Shown: positions 9,530-20,245, numbered from the stretch's first letter. The stretch: 64,000 nucleotides of DNA from Candidatus Altiarchaeota archaeon (GCA_038891095.1 JAWAEV010000002.1:1-64000); one strand, 5' to 3'. Notes: generated by a model from the letters alone, not told the origin. Program-made: numbers and translations.

Positions 9530-10627
9530 ATGAAAATTAAAGAAATTGTCGAAGGTAAAACAAGGCTAATAGTGCCAACTGAAGGAAAGCCATCAAAAAA
9601 ATCAGAGGTTTTTTTCAATCCTGAAATGGAATTTAGTAGAGATATCTCAGTTTTAATTGCCAAAGTTTTAGGGCCAAAGAATTTTTGTGATGCATTAGCC
9701 TCTACTGGTGCTCGTGGAATCAGAATTGCAAATGAAGTGCAATGTAATGTAAAACTTAATGATATAAACCCTAAGGCAGTTGAAATAATAAAAAAGAATG
9801 CATTTCTTAATAACTTGAAAGTTGAAATAACACAGGGGGATGCAAATTCTCTGCTTATAAATGAGAAATTTGACTGGGTAGATATAGATCCATTTGGTTC
9901 TCCCATAAGATTTTTAGATTCTGCACTTATATCAGTTGAGCATAATGGAATACTAGCTGTAACAGCAACTGATACAGCAGCACTTTCCGGCACATATCCC
10001 AGTTCATGCCTTAGAAAATATTCTGCATTTCCTTTAAGGACAGATTACTATAATGAACTTGGTTTGAGGATTTTTTTGGGTTATCTTATAAGAACAGCTG
10101 CGAAATATGAGAAATCCTTAGAAATAATTTTTTCTCATTGCACAAGACATTATTACAGAGCCTATGCTAAAGTTAAAAAATCTAAAAAGAGAGCAACTCT
10201 CTCCTTAGGAGAAATAAAATTTATACAGCATTGTTTTAATTGCATGAACAGGGAGCTAAAAGAACTTAATGAATTAGAAGAAAAATGTAGCTGTGGGGCT
10301 AAATTCAAAAATTCTGGCCCAATTTTTTCTGGTAAATTTGCAGATGGAGACCTTTGTAAGAAAATTTTAAAAATTCTAAATAACGAAAATTTTAAATTTA
10401 TGAAGCAAGAAATGAAGTTAATCAGAGTTATTGCAGAGGAGCAAAAAATAACTTTACCATATTACAATTTGCATAAGCTATTCAAAAAAAGAAAGCTCTC
10501 AGCCAAATCAATGGAAGAGATCTCAAGAAGTTTAAATAAGAGCGGCTTTCTATTTTCAAGGACACATTTTTCTTCAATAGGAATAAAAACTGATGCTAAA
10601 GTGAATGAAATCTATAAAGTTCTTTAA
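9530..10627 (+). CDS. trm1: tRNA (guanine26-N2)-dimethyltransferase
   Basis: VFFNPEM..SRD, DALASTGARGIR, DIDPFGSP, VTATD, C-terminal RTHF. Confidence 0.95.
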   Translation: MKIKEIVEGKTRLIVPTEGKPSKKSEVFFNPEMEFSRDISVLIAKVLGPKNFCDALASTGARGIRIANEVQCNVKLNDINPKAVEIIKKNAFLNNLKVEITQGDANSLLINEKFDWVDIDPFGSPIRFLDSALISVEHNGILAVTATDTAALSGTYPSSCLRKYSAFPLRTDYYNELGLRIFLGYLIRTAAKYEKSLEIIFSHCTRHYYRAYAKVKKSKKRATLSLGEIKFIQHCFNCMNRELKELNELEEKCSCGAKFKNSGPIFSGKFADGDLCKKILKILNNENFKFMKQEMKLIRVIAEEQKITLPYYNLHKLFKKRKLSAKSMEEISRSLNKSGFLFSRTHFSSIGIKTDAKVNEIYKVL

Positions 10628-10710
10628 TTTTAATTTTTAATTGCATATTATTTGCAATAATATTAATTTTTATTTAGCTAATATATATCAAATAATCAGA
10701 AATAATAAAA

Positions 10711-11085
10711 ATGAAAGAAATAGAAGAATCGGCAAAGATAAAAATTGAAGCTATGCATCAACCTGAGAATATATCTGATTTAATTGGGATAGTATTTTGG
10801 AAAGAACCTAAGTTAATTAAAGATGTAATAGATTTTATACAGCATGTGAAAGAATGGGAAATGAAAGGATCTCCTTATAAAGTAACTGAATGGCAAAATT
10901 ATTGCATTAGAAAAGGAATTAGTCAGAGTAGTTATCATAACATTCTAAGAAGACTTAGAAGAGTTGGTATGATAAAAAAAATCTATAATAAAGCACTGAA
11001 AGTTCATGAATTAAAAATTTCAAGGGATTTTTCAGATTATTTATTTGCAATGGAAAAAATTTGGGATGATTTTTGTAAATCATAA
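10711..11085 (+). CDS. Hypothetical archaeal winged-helix protein
   Basis: ISQSSYHNILRRLRRVGMIKK recognition-helix and wing pattern. Confidence 0.6.
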   Translation: MKEIEESAKIKIEAMHQPENISDLIGIVFWKEPKLIKDVIDFIQHVKEWEMKGSPYKVTEWQNYCIRKGISQSSYHNILRRLRRVGMIKKIYNKALKVHELKISRDFSDYLFAMEKIWDDFCKS

Positions 11086-11094
11086 AAACAAATA

Positions 11095-11646
11095 ATGGAA
11101 GAGAAATTAAAAAATATAACTTCTACTATCGCAGCATTTCTTTTGTTTCTTTATATAGCTTTAGTTCCCCTCCTTATAATAAAAACCTTTCCAGTTTTCA
11201 TATTTTTCATAATATTGCTTGGTCTATTCCCAATATTCTCAAAAAAATATTTTAGCTATGTCAAAGAAAAAATGGAAAATTTTATAAATAACAAGATTGA
11301 AATTTTTACATTTGTAGTATTTACAATAATATTTGCTCTCCCTGATCTTACAGCAAAACAGATAATAACGTTAACACAACAACTTTTAGTAAGCACAATA
11401 CTTATATTTGGAATTTTTACAGCGTTACTCTATAAAAAAATTAAAATGAAAATCTTAGAATACCGAAAGAAAAGTCCTTTCCCTCAAGATTATTATCTAA
11501 AAAATATAGAGGTTCCAGAATGGCTCTCTTACTTAGATACAATTTTTTATTATTCTATAAGCATGGTCGTTTTTATTTCATGTATACTAGATTTATATGC
11601 AATAATAAGTTTAGCTCTAGATGTTAGCTCAATATTGAGAGCATAA
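11095..11646 (+). CDS. Hypothetical multi-pass membrane protein
   Basis: About five hydrophobic segments; no recognisable family. Confidence 0.6.
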   Translation: MEEKLKNITSTIAAFLLFLYIALVPLLIIKTFPVFIFFIILLGLFPIFSKKYFSYVKEKMENFINNKIEIFTFVVFTIIFALPDLTAKQIITLTQQLLVSTILIFGIFTALLYKKIKMKILEYRKKSPFPQDYYLKNIEVPEWLSYLDTIFYYSISMVVFISCILDLYAIISLALDVSSILRA

Positions 11647-11688
11647 TTCAAAATATAAAAAAACTAAAATTAATAAATAATAAAAACA

Positions 11689-13569
11689 ATGACTATAGAC
11701 TATGAAAATCTTGGCTTCAAATGTGGCATAGAAATTCATCAGCAATTAGATACACATAAGTTATTTTGTAAATGTCCCTCTGATATTAGAGATGATGAAC
11801 CAGATGTTATTGTAATGAGAAAAATGCGTGCTGTTGCGGGTGAACTTGGAAATATTGATCCTGCTGCGTTATATGAATTTTTAAGGAATAGGGAGATTAT
11901 TTATGAGGCATATTCTTCAAGCAATTGTCTTGTTGAAATAGATGAAGAGCCACCACATGAACTGAATGAGGAAGCACTTGATATAGCAATAGAGATTTCA
12001 CTTTTGCTAAATGCTAAAATTATCCCTGAGTTGCATGTAATGAGAAAAACAGTTATAGATGGCTCTAACACCTCCGGCTTTCAGAGAACTTTGCTAATTG
12101 CAATTGATGGCTTCTTAGAGACTTCTTATGGAAAAGTTAAAATTCCAACAATTTGCTTAGAGGAAGATTCAGCAAGGAAAGTAATTGAGCAAGATGGAAG
12201 AGTTGTTTATCGCTTAGACAGATTAGGAATTCCATTAATTGAAATCTGCACTAATTCAGAGATAAAAACAGCAGAACATGCAAGAGAGGTTGCTGAAAAA
12301 ATCGGGGCTATTTTAAGAGCAACTGGAAAAGTGAAGCGTGGTTTAGGGACAATAAGACAAGACTTAAACATTTCAATTCTTAATAGTGAGAGAGTAGAGA
12401 TAAAGGGCATACAGGATCTAAGGCTAATAACTAAGGTAATTGAGAATGAAATTTTAAGACAATTGATGTTAATTGAAATAAAAAATGAACTGCTCAAAAG
12501 AAAATTTAAAAAAGAAATTCTTAAAGATGAATTTGTTGATGTTACAGAAATTTTCAGAAATACAAATTCCAAAATAATAAGGAATTTTATAAATGCAAAT
12601 GGAGTTGTCCTTGCTTTAAAACTTCCTTGTTTTTCCGGACTTTTAAAAGGAAAATTTGGACCAGAAATAGCACAATATGCAAGAGCATATTCTAATGTTA
12701 AGGGAATTTTCCATTCAGATGAATTGCCAAACTATGGAATTTCATCAAACGAGGTGAACGCAGTTAGAGAGAAATTGATGTTAGATAACTTAGATGCTTT
12801 TGTATTAGTTTCACAAGAAAAAGAAATTGCAATTAAAGCTTTAAAGGAAGTTGCAAATAGATGTAGAAATGCTATAAATGGAATCATTAAAGAAACAAGA
12901 AAAGCAAATGATGATGGTACTACAGAATTTATTAGACCTTTACCTGGATCTGAGAGAATGTACCCAGAGACAGATGAAAATTTTATCATAATTCCAGAGG
13001 AAAAAATTTCAAGGATAAGGGCAAATTTACCAAAATTACCTGCTGAGCAAATTAGTGAGATAATAAAAATAGGAATTGGAAGAGAATTGGCATTACAGCT
13101 ATTGAAGCTATCACTCACAGAAAAATTCAAAATTTTTGTTGAAAAGTACAAAAAGGTTAAACCATCAATAATAGCAAATACATTAGTCTCAACCCCAAAA
13201 GAAATCCAAAGGAGGTATTCTGCGAAAGTAGAAAATTTAAATGACCAACATTATAATGCCATTTTTAAATTTCTAAATGAAGGGAAAATAGCAAAAGAGG
13301 CAATACCTGAAATTTTAATTGAGTTTACAAAAAGTCCAAATAAGCAAATTGATGAAATAATCCATGAGAAAAATCTTGGAATTTTATCAGATGAAGAAAT
13401 TGAAAAAATTATTGAAAATGCTATAAGAGAGAACTTAAAAAAAATTCAAGAACTTGGCAAGGACAATGCAAAAGAGTTTATATTCGGAAGAGTTATGTCT
13501 TTCATTAGAGGAAGGGCAAATGCTGAGAAAATTATAAATCTAATTAATGAAAAATTCTCAAAGTTTTGA
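11689..13569 (+). CDS. gatE: Glutamyl-tRNA(Gln) amidotransferase subunit E
   Basis: GIEIHQQL, RKTVIDGSNTSGFQRT, YRLDRLGIPLIE, GTIRQD, RMYPETD. Confidence 0.97.
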   Translation: MTIDYENLGFKCGIEIHQQLDTHKLFCKCPSDIRDDEPDVIVMRKMRAVAGELGNIDPAALYEFLRNREIIYEAYSSSNCLVEIDEEPPHELNEEALDIAIEISLLLNAKIIPELHVMRKTVIDGSNTSGFQRTLLIAIDGFLETSYGKVKIPTICLEEDSARKVIEQDGRVVYRLDRLGIPLIEICTNSEIKTAEHAREVAEKIGAILRATGKVKRGLGTIRQDLNISILNSERVEIKGIQDLRLITKVIENEILRQLMLIEIKNELLKRKFKKEILKDEFVDVTEIFRNTNSKIIRNFINANGVVLALKLPCFSGLLKGKFGPEIAQYARAYSNVKGIFHSDELPNYGISSNEVNAVREKLMLDNLDAFVLVSQEKEIAIKALKEVANRCRNAINGIIKETRKANDDGTTEFIRPLPGSERMYPETDENFIIIPEEKISRIRANLPKLPAEQISEIIKIGIGRELALQLLKLSLTEKFKIFVEKYKKVKPSIIANTLVSTPKEIQRRYSAKVENLNDQHYNAIFKFLNEGKIAKEAIPEILIEFTKSPNKQIDEIIHEKNLGILSDEEIEKIIENAIRENLKKIQELGKDNAKEFIFGRVMSFIRGRANAEKIINLINEKFSKF

Positions 13570-13614
13570 AATACATTTTTTATTAATTCAGTCTTAATAT
13601 TTTCTATCCAAAAA

Positions 13615-14070
13615 ATGGAATTTAAAGTTGTTATCTCTGATCCAGAAACAGGAAAAAGTTACAATAGAGTTGTGAGGGACTTAGAAGCTCAAAAACTTAT
13701 CGGAAAAAAAATAGGTGAAGAAATAGACGGGAATTTTCTTGGTTTAATTGGTTATAAACTAAGGATCACAGGTGGCTCTGATAAGAGTGGATTTCCTATG
13801 AAAAAAGGGGTTCATAAACCAGTAGAAAGAGTTCTTATATCAAAAGGTTCAGGTTATAGAGCTAAAAAGAAAGTCAGAAAGAGGAAGCGTGTTAGAGGCG
13901 AGACAATAAGCTCAGATATAACTCAAGTTAACACAGTTATCACAAAAAAAGGTACAAAAAACATTGAGGAAATTTTTGGAATTTCAAAGCAAGAGGAAAA
14001 GCAAAAGGAAGTTAAACAGAATAAGCAGGAAGATAAAAAACCTACTGAAAAGCCTAAGGATGAAAAATAA
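13615..14070 (+). CDS. rps6e: 30S ribosomal protein S6e
   Basis: FKVVISDP, ITGGSDKSGFPM, RKRKRVRG; charged C-terminal tail. Confidence 0.96.
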   Translation: MEFKVVISDPETGKSYNRVVRDLEAQKLIGKKIGEEIDGNFLGLIGYKLRITGGSDKSGFPMKKGVHKPVERVLISKGSGYRAKKKVRKRKRVRGETISSDITQVNTVITKKGTKNIEEIFGISKQEEKQKEVKQNKQEDKKPTEKPKDEK

Positions 14071-14075
14071 ATTGG

Positions 14076-14194
14076 TGGTCAACAGCGTCTTGGGCTTCCC
14101 GCTCGTTGAGCAGTACAACCCAAATCGCTGGACTGCTTAACTTCTGCGTTCGGAATGAGTGCAGGTGTTTCCAGTCCGCTATGACCGTTGACCA
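14076..14194 (-). rRNA. rrf: 5S ribosomal RNA (stand-alone)
   Basis: Reverse strand UGGUCAACGGUCAUAGCGG...CAUUCCGAAC..AGAAGUUAAG...GUACU...GGGAA...CGCUGUUGACCA; terminal helix pairs; about 119 nt, GC-rich against background. Confidence 0.93.
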
Positions 14195-14229
14195 TTTTAT
14201 ACTTTAAATTCTAAAAATAAATATCAGAT

Positions 14230-14970
14230 ATGAAAATTCCAATTTCTCATCCAAGATATCATTCTTTGTTGCAAAGAGAGAAAATAATCCATGGTTTAAA
14301 GCGAGGATATGTAGCATACGCAGGTTTAATTGCTCATGGCAGAGCTGAGGCATTTGATTACTTAATCGGAGAAAAAACGACATTTGAAGCTGAAAAAGCA
14401 GAAAAAGCAGCTGTTGCTCTTCTATTACTTGCGAAAAATCCAGTTATCTCAGTAAATGGTAATGTTGCAGCATTAGTGCCGAATGAGATTGTGAAATTAG
14501 CAAAAAAATTAAATGCAAAGCTTGAAGTGAATCTTTTCTATAGAACATTAAAAAGGGAAAAGCTGATAGAGGAAATTTTGAAAAAAAATGGTGCTGAAAG
14601 AGTTTTTGGAGTAGGAAATAAAAAAAGAATGAAGATAAAGAACTTAAATTCAAATAGAGCCTATGTTTCAGAGAATGGAATTTTCAGCGCAGATGTTATT
14701 CTTGTTCCTTTGGAAGATGGTGACAGAACAGAAATGCTTAGAAAAATGAAAAAAAAGGTTATTGCAATTGATTTAAATCCATTATCAAGAACATCCCAAA
14801 GAGCAAATATAACAATAGTTGACAATATTGTAAGGGCTATTCCAAATATGCTAAAAATAGCAGATGAATTCAATGGAAAGGACAGAAAAGAATTAGAGGA
14901 AATTGTATCGAGATTTGATAATAAAGAAAATCTAAATAAGATCATTCAAAAGATTCGCACCTCAATCTAA
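14230..14970 (+). CDS. pps: 4-phosphopantoate--beta-alanine ligase (archaeal phosphopantothenate synthetase)
   Basis: [47 protein letters not shown]. Confidence 0.93.
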   Translation: MKIPISHPRYHSLLQREKIIHGLKRGYVAYAGLIAHGRAEAFDYLIGEKTTFEAEKAEKAAVALLLLAKNPVISVNGNVAALVPNEIVKLAKKLNAKLEVNLFYRTLKREKLIEEILKKNGAERVFGVGNKKRMKIKNLNSNRAYVSENGIFSADVILVPLEDGDRTEMLRKMKKKVIAIDLNPLSRTSQRANITIVDNIVRAIPNMLKIADEFNGKDRKELEEIVSRFDNKENLNKIIQKIRTSI

Positions 14971-15721
14971 ATCTTGAAATTGCTTCCTTTTCAGTGAAAT
15001 GTAAATCTCCTAAGACAACTAATGAATGAGGTGGCTTTCCAAAATTTTCCTTGAGCAAATTATAAGCTTTTCCATATTTTATAACTTGATCATCACTTCC
15101 AAGTCTTGCAATTCCAACACATTCTGTTTCATCCTCGAAGACTTTCTCCTTTCTTTTGCTTTCCAATCTCAGTAAAATTTCTATTGCTTCATTAACACTC
15201 ATAAATTTTTTTTGATCATATTTTACATCTAAGAGCAATAATGTATGTAAGTTAGCATTTTTATTTCTCTTTATAATATCATAAAAACTTTCAGGCTGAT
15301 ATTTTTCTTCAGGATAAGGAATTGATGCAATTTGCCCAAATTTATAAATATGCAAACCAGTTTCACATATGGCAGAGTATACAGAGGAAGAATGTATAAC
15401 CTTTGTAATTATACCAAGTTCATTTGCTTTTAGAATTATGCTAAGGTGAGTTGTTGCCACCATTGGATCACCATGAACTAACAATGCAGCACTTCCTTTA
15501 ATACCCTTAAGGAAAATTTCCAAATTTTCTTCAAGGTCCTTTCTGCTCAGGATAGATATTCTTTTTTTTGCTAATTTTCCCAATTTTTTCAAATCTCCAG
15601 AGAAAAAACTTGTGTAGAATTCAGCATATACTCTGTCTACCTTTCTTAAAATTTCTAAACCCCTCAAACTTATATCCTTTTCATCATTTATACCCAAACC
15701 AATTAGATAGAGTTCCCCCAT
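14942..15721 (-). CDS. dph5: Diphthine synthase
   Basis: [37 protein letters not shown]; start set at MGELY (15721). Confidence 0.95.
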   Translation of the reverse strand: MGELYLIGLGINDEKDISLRGLEILRKVDRVYAEFYTSFFSGDLKKLGKLAKKRISILSRKDLEENLEIFLKGIKGSAALLVHGDPMVATTHLSIILKANELGIITKVIHSSSVYSAICETGLHIYKFGQIASIPYPEEKYQPESFYDIIKRNKNANLHTLLLLDVKYDQKKFMSVNEAIEILLRLESKRKEKVFEDETECVGIARLGSDDQVIKYGKAYNLLKENFGKPPHSLVVLGDLHFTEKEAISRFRLRCESFE

Positions 15722-15750
15722 TTTCTTATAAAAAGAGAAAAAGAACATAC

Positions 15751-15787
15751 AAAAAAGAAAAAATAAAAAGAAAAAAGATAAAAAGGG
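15751..15787 (-). terminator. Oligo-T tract downstream of the S-layer gene, probable archaeal terminator
   Basis: Minus strand shows repeated T5-T6 runs (CCCTTTTTATCTTTTTTCTTTTTATTTTTTCTTTTTT) about 40 bp after the stop. Confidence 0.55.
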
Positions 15788-15827
15788 TTAAGGCTTTCTA
15801 ACTTGCCTTTCCCTATAGTTCTAAAAC

Positions 15828-18635
15828 TTATGCGTGTATGTTCTCTTGTAACCAAGCAATTAATGCATTACCTGCCTCAACTGTTTCTTCCTTCTCATAA
15901 CCTGCAACAACTACGACATTACCAACTTTCTTAACTATGTATTTATCTGGCTCTGCTTCAATGTCTTCTTTTGTGACTCCACCTAAGGACTCAGTTAATG
16001 AGTTAACTACTGGGCCACCTATCAATATCAAATTCTTTGTTTGGTCTGCTGAAGATTCTGAAACAACAAACTTACCTAAGTCCTCTAATGGGATCTTTGT
16101 AATTTCTTTTGTTTTAACTGTTCCTTTGCCCTCACCAGTTCCTTTAACATTGAAATCTGCAACATGGAATGTGCAGCAGCCTGCTGTTATGTCCTTCCCA
16201 ACATCTGCTTCAGTTATTGTTGAATTTACTACGCTTGTCTGTTCCTCTTGACCGATAAAGTAAGTTGCATCAACTAAGCTCTGTGGGTGGCATAACTCAA
16301 CTGATTCAATTAGGTTATCTGCGCCCCAGTCAATTGTTAGAGTATCACCACCTTTTGGCAATATCAGCACAGTATCTTTGTCACTGTCTAATTTTTTATC
16401 ATATGTGCTATTGTATTTTCCATCATTATCACAGTCATAGAATACATTGTTGTCATATGTATAACCATTTAACTGCTCATCATAGTTTCTATCCCAGAAG
16501 TCAATATAAACTACTTCGCCATCTTGGTTTCTGAATTTAACTAACTTGTCTGAGACATCACCATCGCAGTTATAATCATATGTTACATTGCATGGAGTTT
16601 GATCTGCTTGGTCTTGGTAGTTTAGAGATGGATCTTGTCCAGGCTCTTGAACAATGTTAAACTCTAATGAATTATCATCTCTCTGGAATTTGCTAAATGT
16701 TCCAACTTTATTAGCATTTACTTGCACATAAATGTTATCACCTGAAACATCTGGAAACATAACTGTGCCTGATGCATCATCATAATAAACAGTGTAGCCT
16801 TCAAGTGTGCCGCCTACATAAATGTAATCTGCACTTATTGTTTTGTTTTCATCTTTCTCATTCTCTGTTGGGTTTGTGTCATCTAATGCATCAACTAATG
16901 CTAAAAATCTCACATTTAAGTCAGGTGTATTTTCTGGTAATAGATCAACATCAATTCTCTTTCTTGTTCCTGAAATTACTGGATCAAATGTAAGTTTCTT
17001 TCTTGTATCATTTACAGTATCTGCTTTTACAAATTTATAAACTTTGCCACCTAACATAAATAAATCAGTTGATGTAAATGGACCTTCATCTAAGCGAACA
17101 TTGTCATATCTGTTGTTGTCTTCACCAGTGAAACTTAAAGTTAGTTGATATTCTTCATCTCCTCTTGCAACTTTTATATTACCTTCACCTTCACCAGAGC
17201 ACTTGCTTTCAACAGCATTGCTATCTAAATAACCCTTGAATGTAAGCATAAAGTTGTTTGGGAATGGTAGAGATTCGCCAACTTCTAATGCCTCTGCACC
17301 ATCTAATTTATGCTTGTATTCTATATCAATCTGTGCTAAAACATAACCTCTTGTGCCATCATATTCAGATATCTCAGAATCACAGCTTGCTGAATCACTT
17401 GATACATCATCACAATGGCCCTTTCTAAATGAAACTCTCCAGTATTTCTTTGTTTCACCGCCCCATACTAAGTCTTTACCTTGCTCTAAAACAACTTCTG
17501 TGCTTTTATCATAAACAATTATGCTACCTGTTGCCACAGAAGCAGATTCTTGAGCTGTCACACCAGCAATCTCTAAGTTATCAACTTGCCCATTAGCCAT
17601 CTTAGAGACTTGAACTTGTGTTGTTGTTCCATCTGGTTTTTGTACATCTAATACAATACCTGCAACAACATATTCAGCTGAGTATATAAGATGGTCAATC
17701 TTAAATTTGTATCCACTATATTCTGCCTTGAAACCTTCACTTGATAGATCCTCCAAGACTTTACCTTTTGTTAGATATAATTTCATATTACTTGACCTAG
17801 GATTCTTCACTTGTCTTACATAATACTCCTCTCCAAAGAGTATTATTTTACCTCTGTACTCGTAGTCAATATCTGTTGCATTATCTGAACCGCCTTTAAT
17901 TGTCTCTAAAGGAATAAAGCCTGTTTCAACAGTGTACTTAATTGCACCTTCATCTATTGACATCTTCAGTGCTTCTGAGTCATAACTATTAAGACCTTCT
18001 TCATAGTAGCGTATCTTTGAGGAGTTTATATAAATTTTCTCTTTCATCTCATGAGTTATGTCAAACTCTAAGCCTTCCTTACATAATGTCTGGCAGAACA
18101 AGCAGAAAACATTTGTGAATTCTGCCTCTGTTAATATCTCAGCTTCTTCTCTTGTTTGCTGTGCGCAAGCTACATTATAAATTGTAAAGTCGCCTTTTTC
18201 ATATGTTTTGTCTCCTGAGAATCTAAGCCCTTTTGTTTTCTCCCAGAAATCTGGAATCTTTTCTGTTCCTTCACATCCTAAATTATCAGCGTTGTCATCC
18301 TGCACATAATCACCAACAGACATCAAAGACTCAGAAGATATCACAACTTGTCCTTCTGCTCCGCATTCTCCACCAGCAGGAACTTCCTTCTCAACATATG
18401 CTAAATTTCCAATAGTCGCAGCGATATTACCTGCAGCAACTGCATCCATCGGATTTGCTTTTGGGTTCTCACCAACAACTATTTGCACTATTGGCTTCAT
18501 GTTGGCATCATAAAAAAACCCCTTTGTTAGTCCAGTCGGATCCATAGCAGCAGAGACTGGACCTGCTAATGCAGCCCCTAACATTATGGTACTTGCTGCC
18601 AAAGTACCAACTTTTCCTATATCAACAGATTTCAT
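15828..18635 (-). CDS. S-layer protein (Methanococcales/Thermococcales-type N- and C-terminal domains), 935 aa
   Basis: Signal peptide, IVVG...DAVAAGNIA near the N-terminus, NLILIGGPVVNSLT...VVVAG at the C-terminus, acidic composition, GGAGG RBS. Confidence 0.85.
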   Translation of the reverse strand: MKSVDIGKVGTLAASTIMLGAALAGPVSAAMDPTGLTKGFFYDANMKPIVQIVVGENPKANPMDAVAAGNIAATIGNLAYVEKEVPAGGECGAEGQVVISSESLMSVGDYVQDDNADNLGCEGTEKIPDFWEKTKGLRFSGDKTYEKGDFTIYNVACAQQTREEAEILTEAEFTNVFCLFCQTLCKEGLEFDITHEMKEKIYINSSKIRYYEEGLNSYDSEALKMSIDEGAIKYTVETGFIPLETIKGGSDNATDIDYEYRGKIILFGEEYYVRQVKNPRSSNMKLYLTKGKVLEDLSSEGFKAEYSGYKFKIDHLIYSAEYVVAGIVLDVQKPDGTTTQVQVSKMANGQVDNLEIAGVTAQESASVATGSIIVYDKSTEVVLEQGKDLVWGGETKKYWRVSFRKGHCDDVSSDSASCDSEISEYDGTRGYVLAQIDIEYKHKLDGAEALEVGESLPFPNNFMLTFKGYLDSNAVESKCSGEGEGNIKVARGDEEYQLTLSFTGEDNNRYDNVRLDEGPFTSTDLFMLGGKVYKFVKADTVNDTRKKLTFDPVISGTRKRIDVDLLPENTPDLNVRFLALVDALDDTNPTENEKDENKTISADYIYVGGTLEGYTVYYDDASGTVMFPDVSGDNIYVQVNANKVGTFSKFQRDDNSLEFNIVQEPGQDPSLNYQDQADQTPCNVTYDYNCDGDVSDKLVKFRNQDGEVVYIDFWDRNYDEQLNGYTYDNNVFYDCDNDGKYNSTYDKKLDSDKDTVLILPKGGDTLTIDWGADNLIESVELCHPQSLVDATYFIGQEEQTSVVNSTITEADVGKDITAGCCTFHVADFNVKGTGEGKGTVKTKEITKIPLEDLGKFVVSESSADQTKNLILIGGPVVNSLTESLGGVTKEDIEAEPDKYIVKKVGNVVVVAGYEKEETVEAGNALIAWLQENIHA

Positions 18636-18727
18636 TTTTTCTTTTTCTACCTCCTTCTAAAATTTTGTTTAAGAAATTAATCATATGAATATATATATTG
18701 TGCAATAAACAAATTTGGAACTTTCAC

Positions 18728-18784
18728 TTATAAAAGTTCATTATCACTTATTTTCCATTATAAAAGTTCATTATCACTTATTTT
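18728..18784 (-). promoter_or_regulatory. Tandem 27-bp direct repeat (period 30), each copy carrying a TATA-like box facing the S-layer gene
   Basis: TTATAAAAGTTCATTATCACTTATTTT at 18728-18754 and 18758-18784; minus strand reads ...GATAATGAACTTTTATAA. Confidence 0.6.
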
Positions 18785-19763
18785 AATCAAAAACCCAATC
18801 TTTTAGCTTTATCCAATTAATTCTACCATCTTTTCTCTTTTCTATCAAATTTCTACTTTCTAAACGCTTTATTATGTTAGAAAGAGAAGCTTTTGGTATT
18901 TCTAATGTTTTATAAATATAAGCTTGGGTTATCTCAATATCAAAATCTTGAAGCATTCCTACTACTCTTTTTTCATTTTCATCAAGCATATTAAGAATCG
19001 ACAACTTTACCTGCTTTTTCTTTTTTTCACTTTCTTCCTTTATTTCAGTTTTAACATCTGATTTAATTAAAGTCTCACTAGCATTCTCTTTTGCTTTTAT
19101 CTCCTTCTTTGGAGATTTTATTTTCCATTTATAATAAATTATAACTGAAATTGAGACTAAGATAAAAATTATTAAAGTTATTAAAGACGGAATATTCATT
19201 TCTTCCTTTTCAGGAATTAGTCTATAATCAAATTCAATTCTTGCTTTTTCTTCTTGAGGATAAAGAAAAATTGGCGATTTTAAATTTGGTGGATATAAAT
19301 AAACAATTTCCTTTGTTCTGAAAGATGTGACATTTGAATTTTTTGGAAATGACAACTCTATTATTGTCTTTCCAGGGGTTGTTAATGAGTAAAAATTTAT
19401 TGTCCATAAACTTGCGTTTTTTCTCGTAAGTGCTTGTGTAGAGTATGAAAATCTAACATCCTTTTCACTTTGAGATTTCAAGTAAATCCTAAGTAACTGA
19501 GAATCTTCAAAAGTAGATAGTTCATATCCCAAGGGATTACCTTTTGAATCATAGATGAGTAAATTTTCAACAGTTTTTGGTATTAAAATTATTGCAGTTG
19601 ATTCACTTAATGACAACTCTTCCTTAACATTTACAACCCCATTTTCATCTATTGCTATGTCAATCTTGCTAACTTTTTCTATACCTCTCTCAACTTGTTC
19701 TGTTTGTGAATTTGCAAATTGTAAGAGAATTAAAATTCCTAAAATTAAAAGAGCATTCCTCAT
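18783..19763 (-). CDS. Membrane-anchored protein with extracellular domain, one TM helix and C-terminal winged HTH
   Basis: Signal peptide; TM LITLIIFILVSISVIIYY; LDENEKRVV...ITQAYIY..LEIPKASLSNIIKRLESRNLIEKRKDGRINWIKL. Confidence 0.8.
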   Translation of the reverse strand: MRNALLILGILILLQFANSQTEQVERGIEKVSKIDIAIDENGVVNVKEELSLSESTAIILIPKTVENLLIYDSKGNPLGYELSTFEDSQLLRIYLKSQSEKDVRFSYSTQALTRKNASLWTINFYSLTTPGKTIIELSFPKNSNVTSFRTKEIVYLYPPNLKSPIFLYPQEEKARIEFDYRLIPEKEEMNIPSLITLIIFILVSISVIIYYKWKIKSPKKEIKAKENASETLIKSDVKTEIKEESEKKKKQVKLSILNMLDENEKRVVGMLQDFDIEITQAYIYKTLEIPKASLSNIIKRLESRNLIEKRKDGRINWIKLKDWVFD

Positions 19764-20245
19764 TTTTTCTCTTCAGATAAACTTTTTATATATAATGCCC
19801 TCCTTTCATTGTCCTTCAACATTGCAATTATGTGCGAAGCTAAGGATTGTGATATCTCTGAAACATCTGAAATTAATGATTGCATTTCCTCAAGATTTAG
19901 CTTATATTCTTCAGGTTTAATTATCTCTATTGCTGATGGCCCATACCTCATAACAACATTTACAAAACATCTAAAGTCTCTAAATAATGCTTTTATTTCA
20001 ATAATACCAGAAAATACTCCTTCAGAGCTTTTTTTTATCTCATAAAATTTTACATTTAAAAGATAAACATTTTTTTCAGTTGCTAAGGATTGAAAAACTG
20101 TCTTTTCTAAAGCTTTTTTAGCAGACTCTAAATCATTGCTTTGCGCTTCAATGAACAATCTTGAAAGTATTGCCCCTTCTTTTAACTTTTCTTCCAAATT
20201 AATATTCTCATTGAAATTTCTTTCCAAAATTGGTTTGTCTACCAT
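19760..20245 (-). CDS. Conserved archaeal hypothetical protein
   Basis: RYGPSAIEII.P motif; 4-bp overlap with the downstream gene. Confidence 0.65.
   Translation of the reverse strand: MVDKPILERNFNENINLEEKLKEGAILSRLFIEAQSNDLESAKKALEKTVFQSLATEKNVYLLNVKFYEIKKSSEGVFSGIIEIKALFRDFRCFVNVVMRYGPSAIEIIKPEEYKLNLEEMQSLISDVSEISQSLASHIIAMLKDNERRALYIKSLSEEKK

Noticed and set aside
10640-10658. Imperfect palindrome ATTGCATA-TTA-TTTGCAAT upstream of the wHTH gene
   Set aside because: Short, AT-rich and single-copy; cannot be told from chance.
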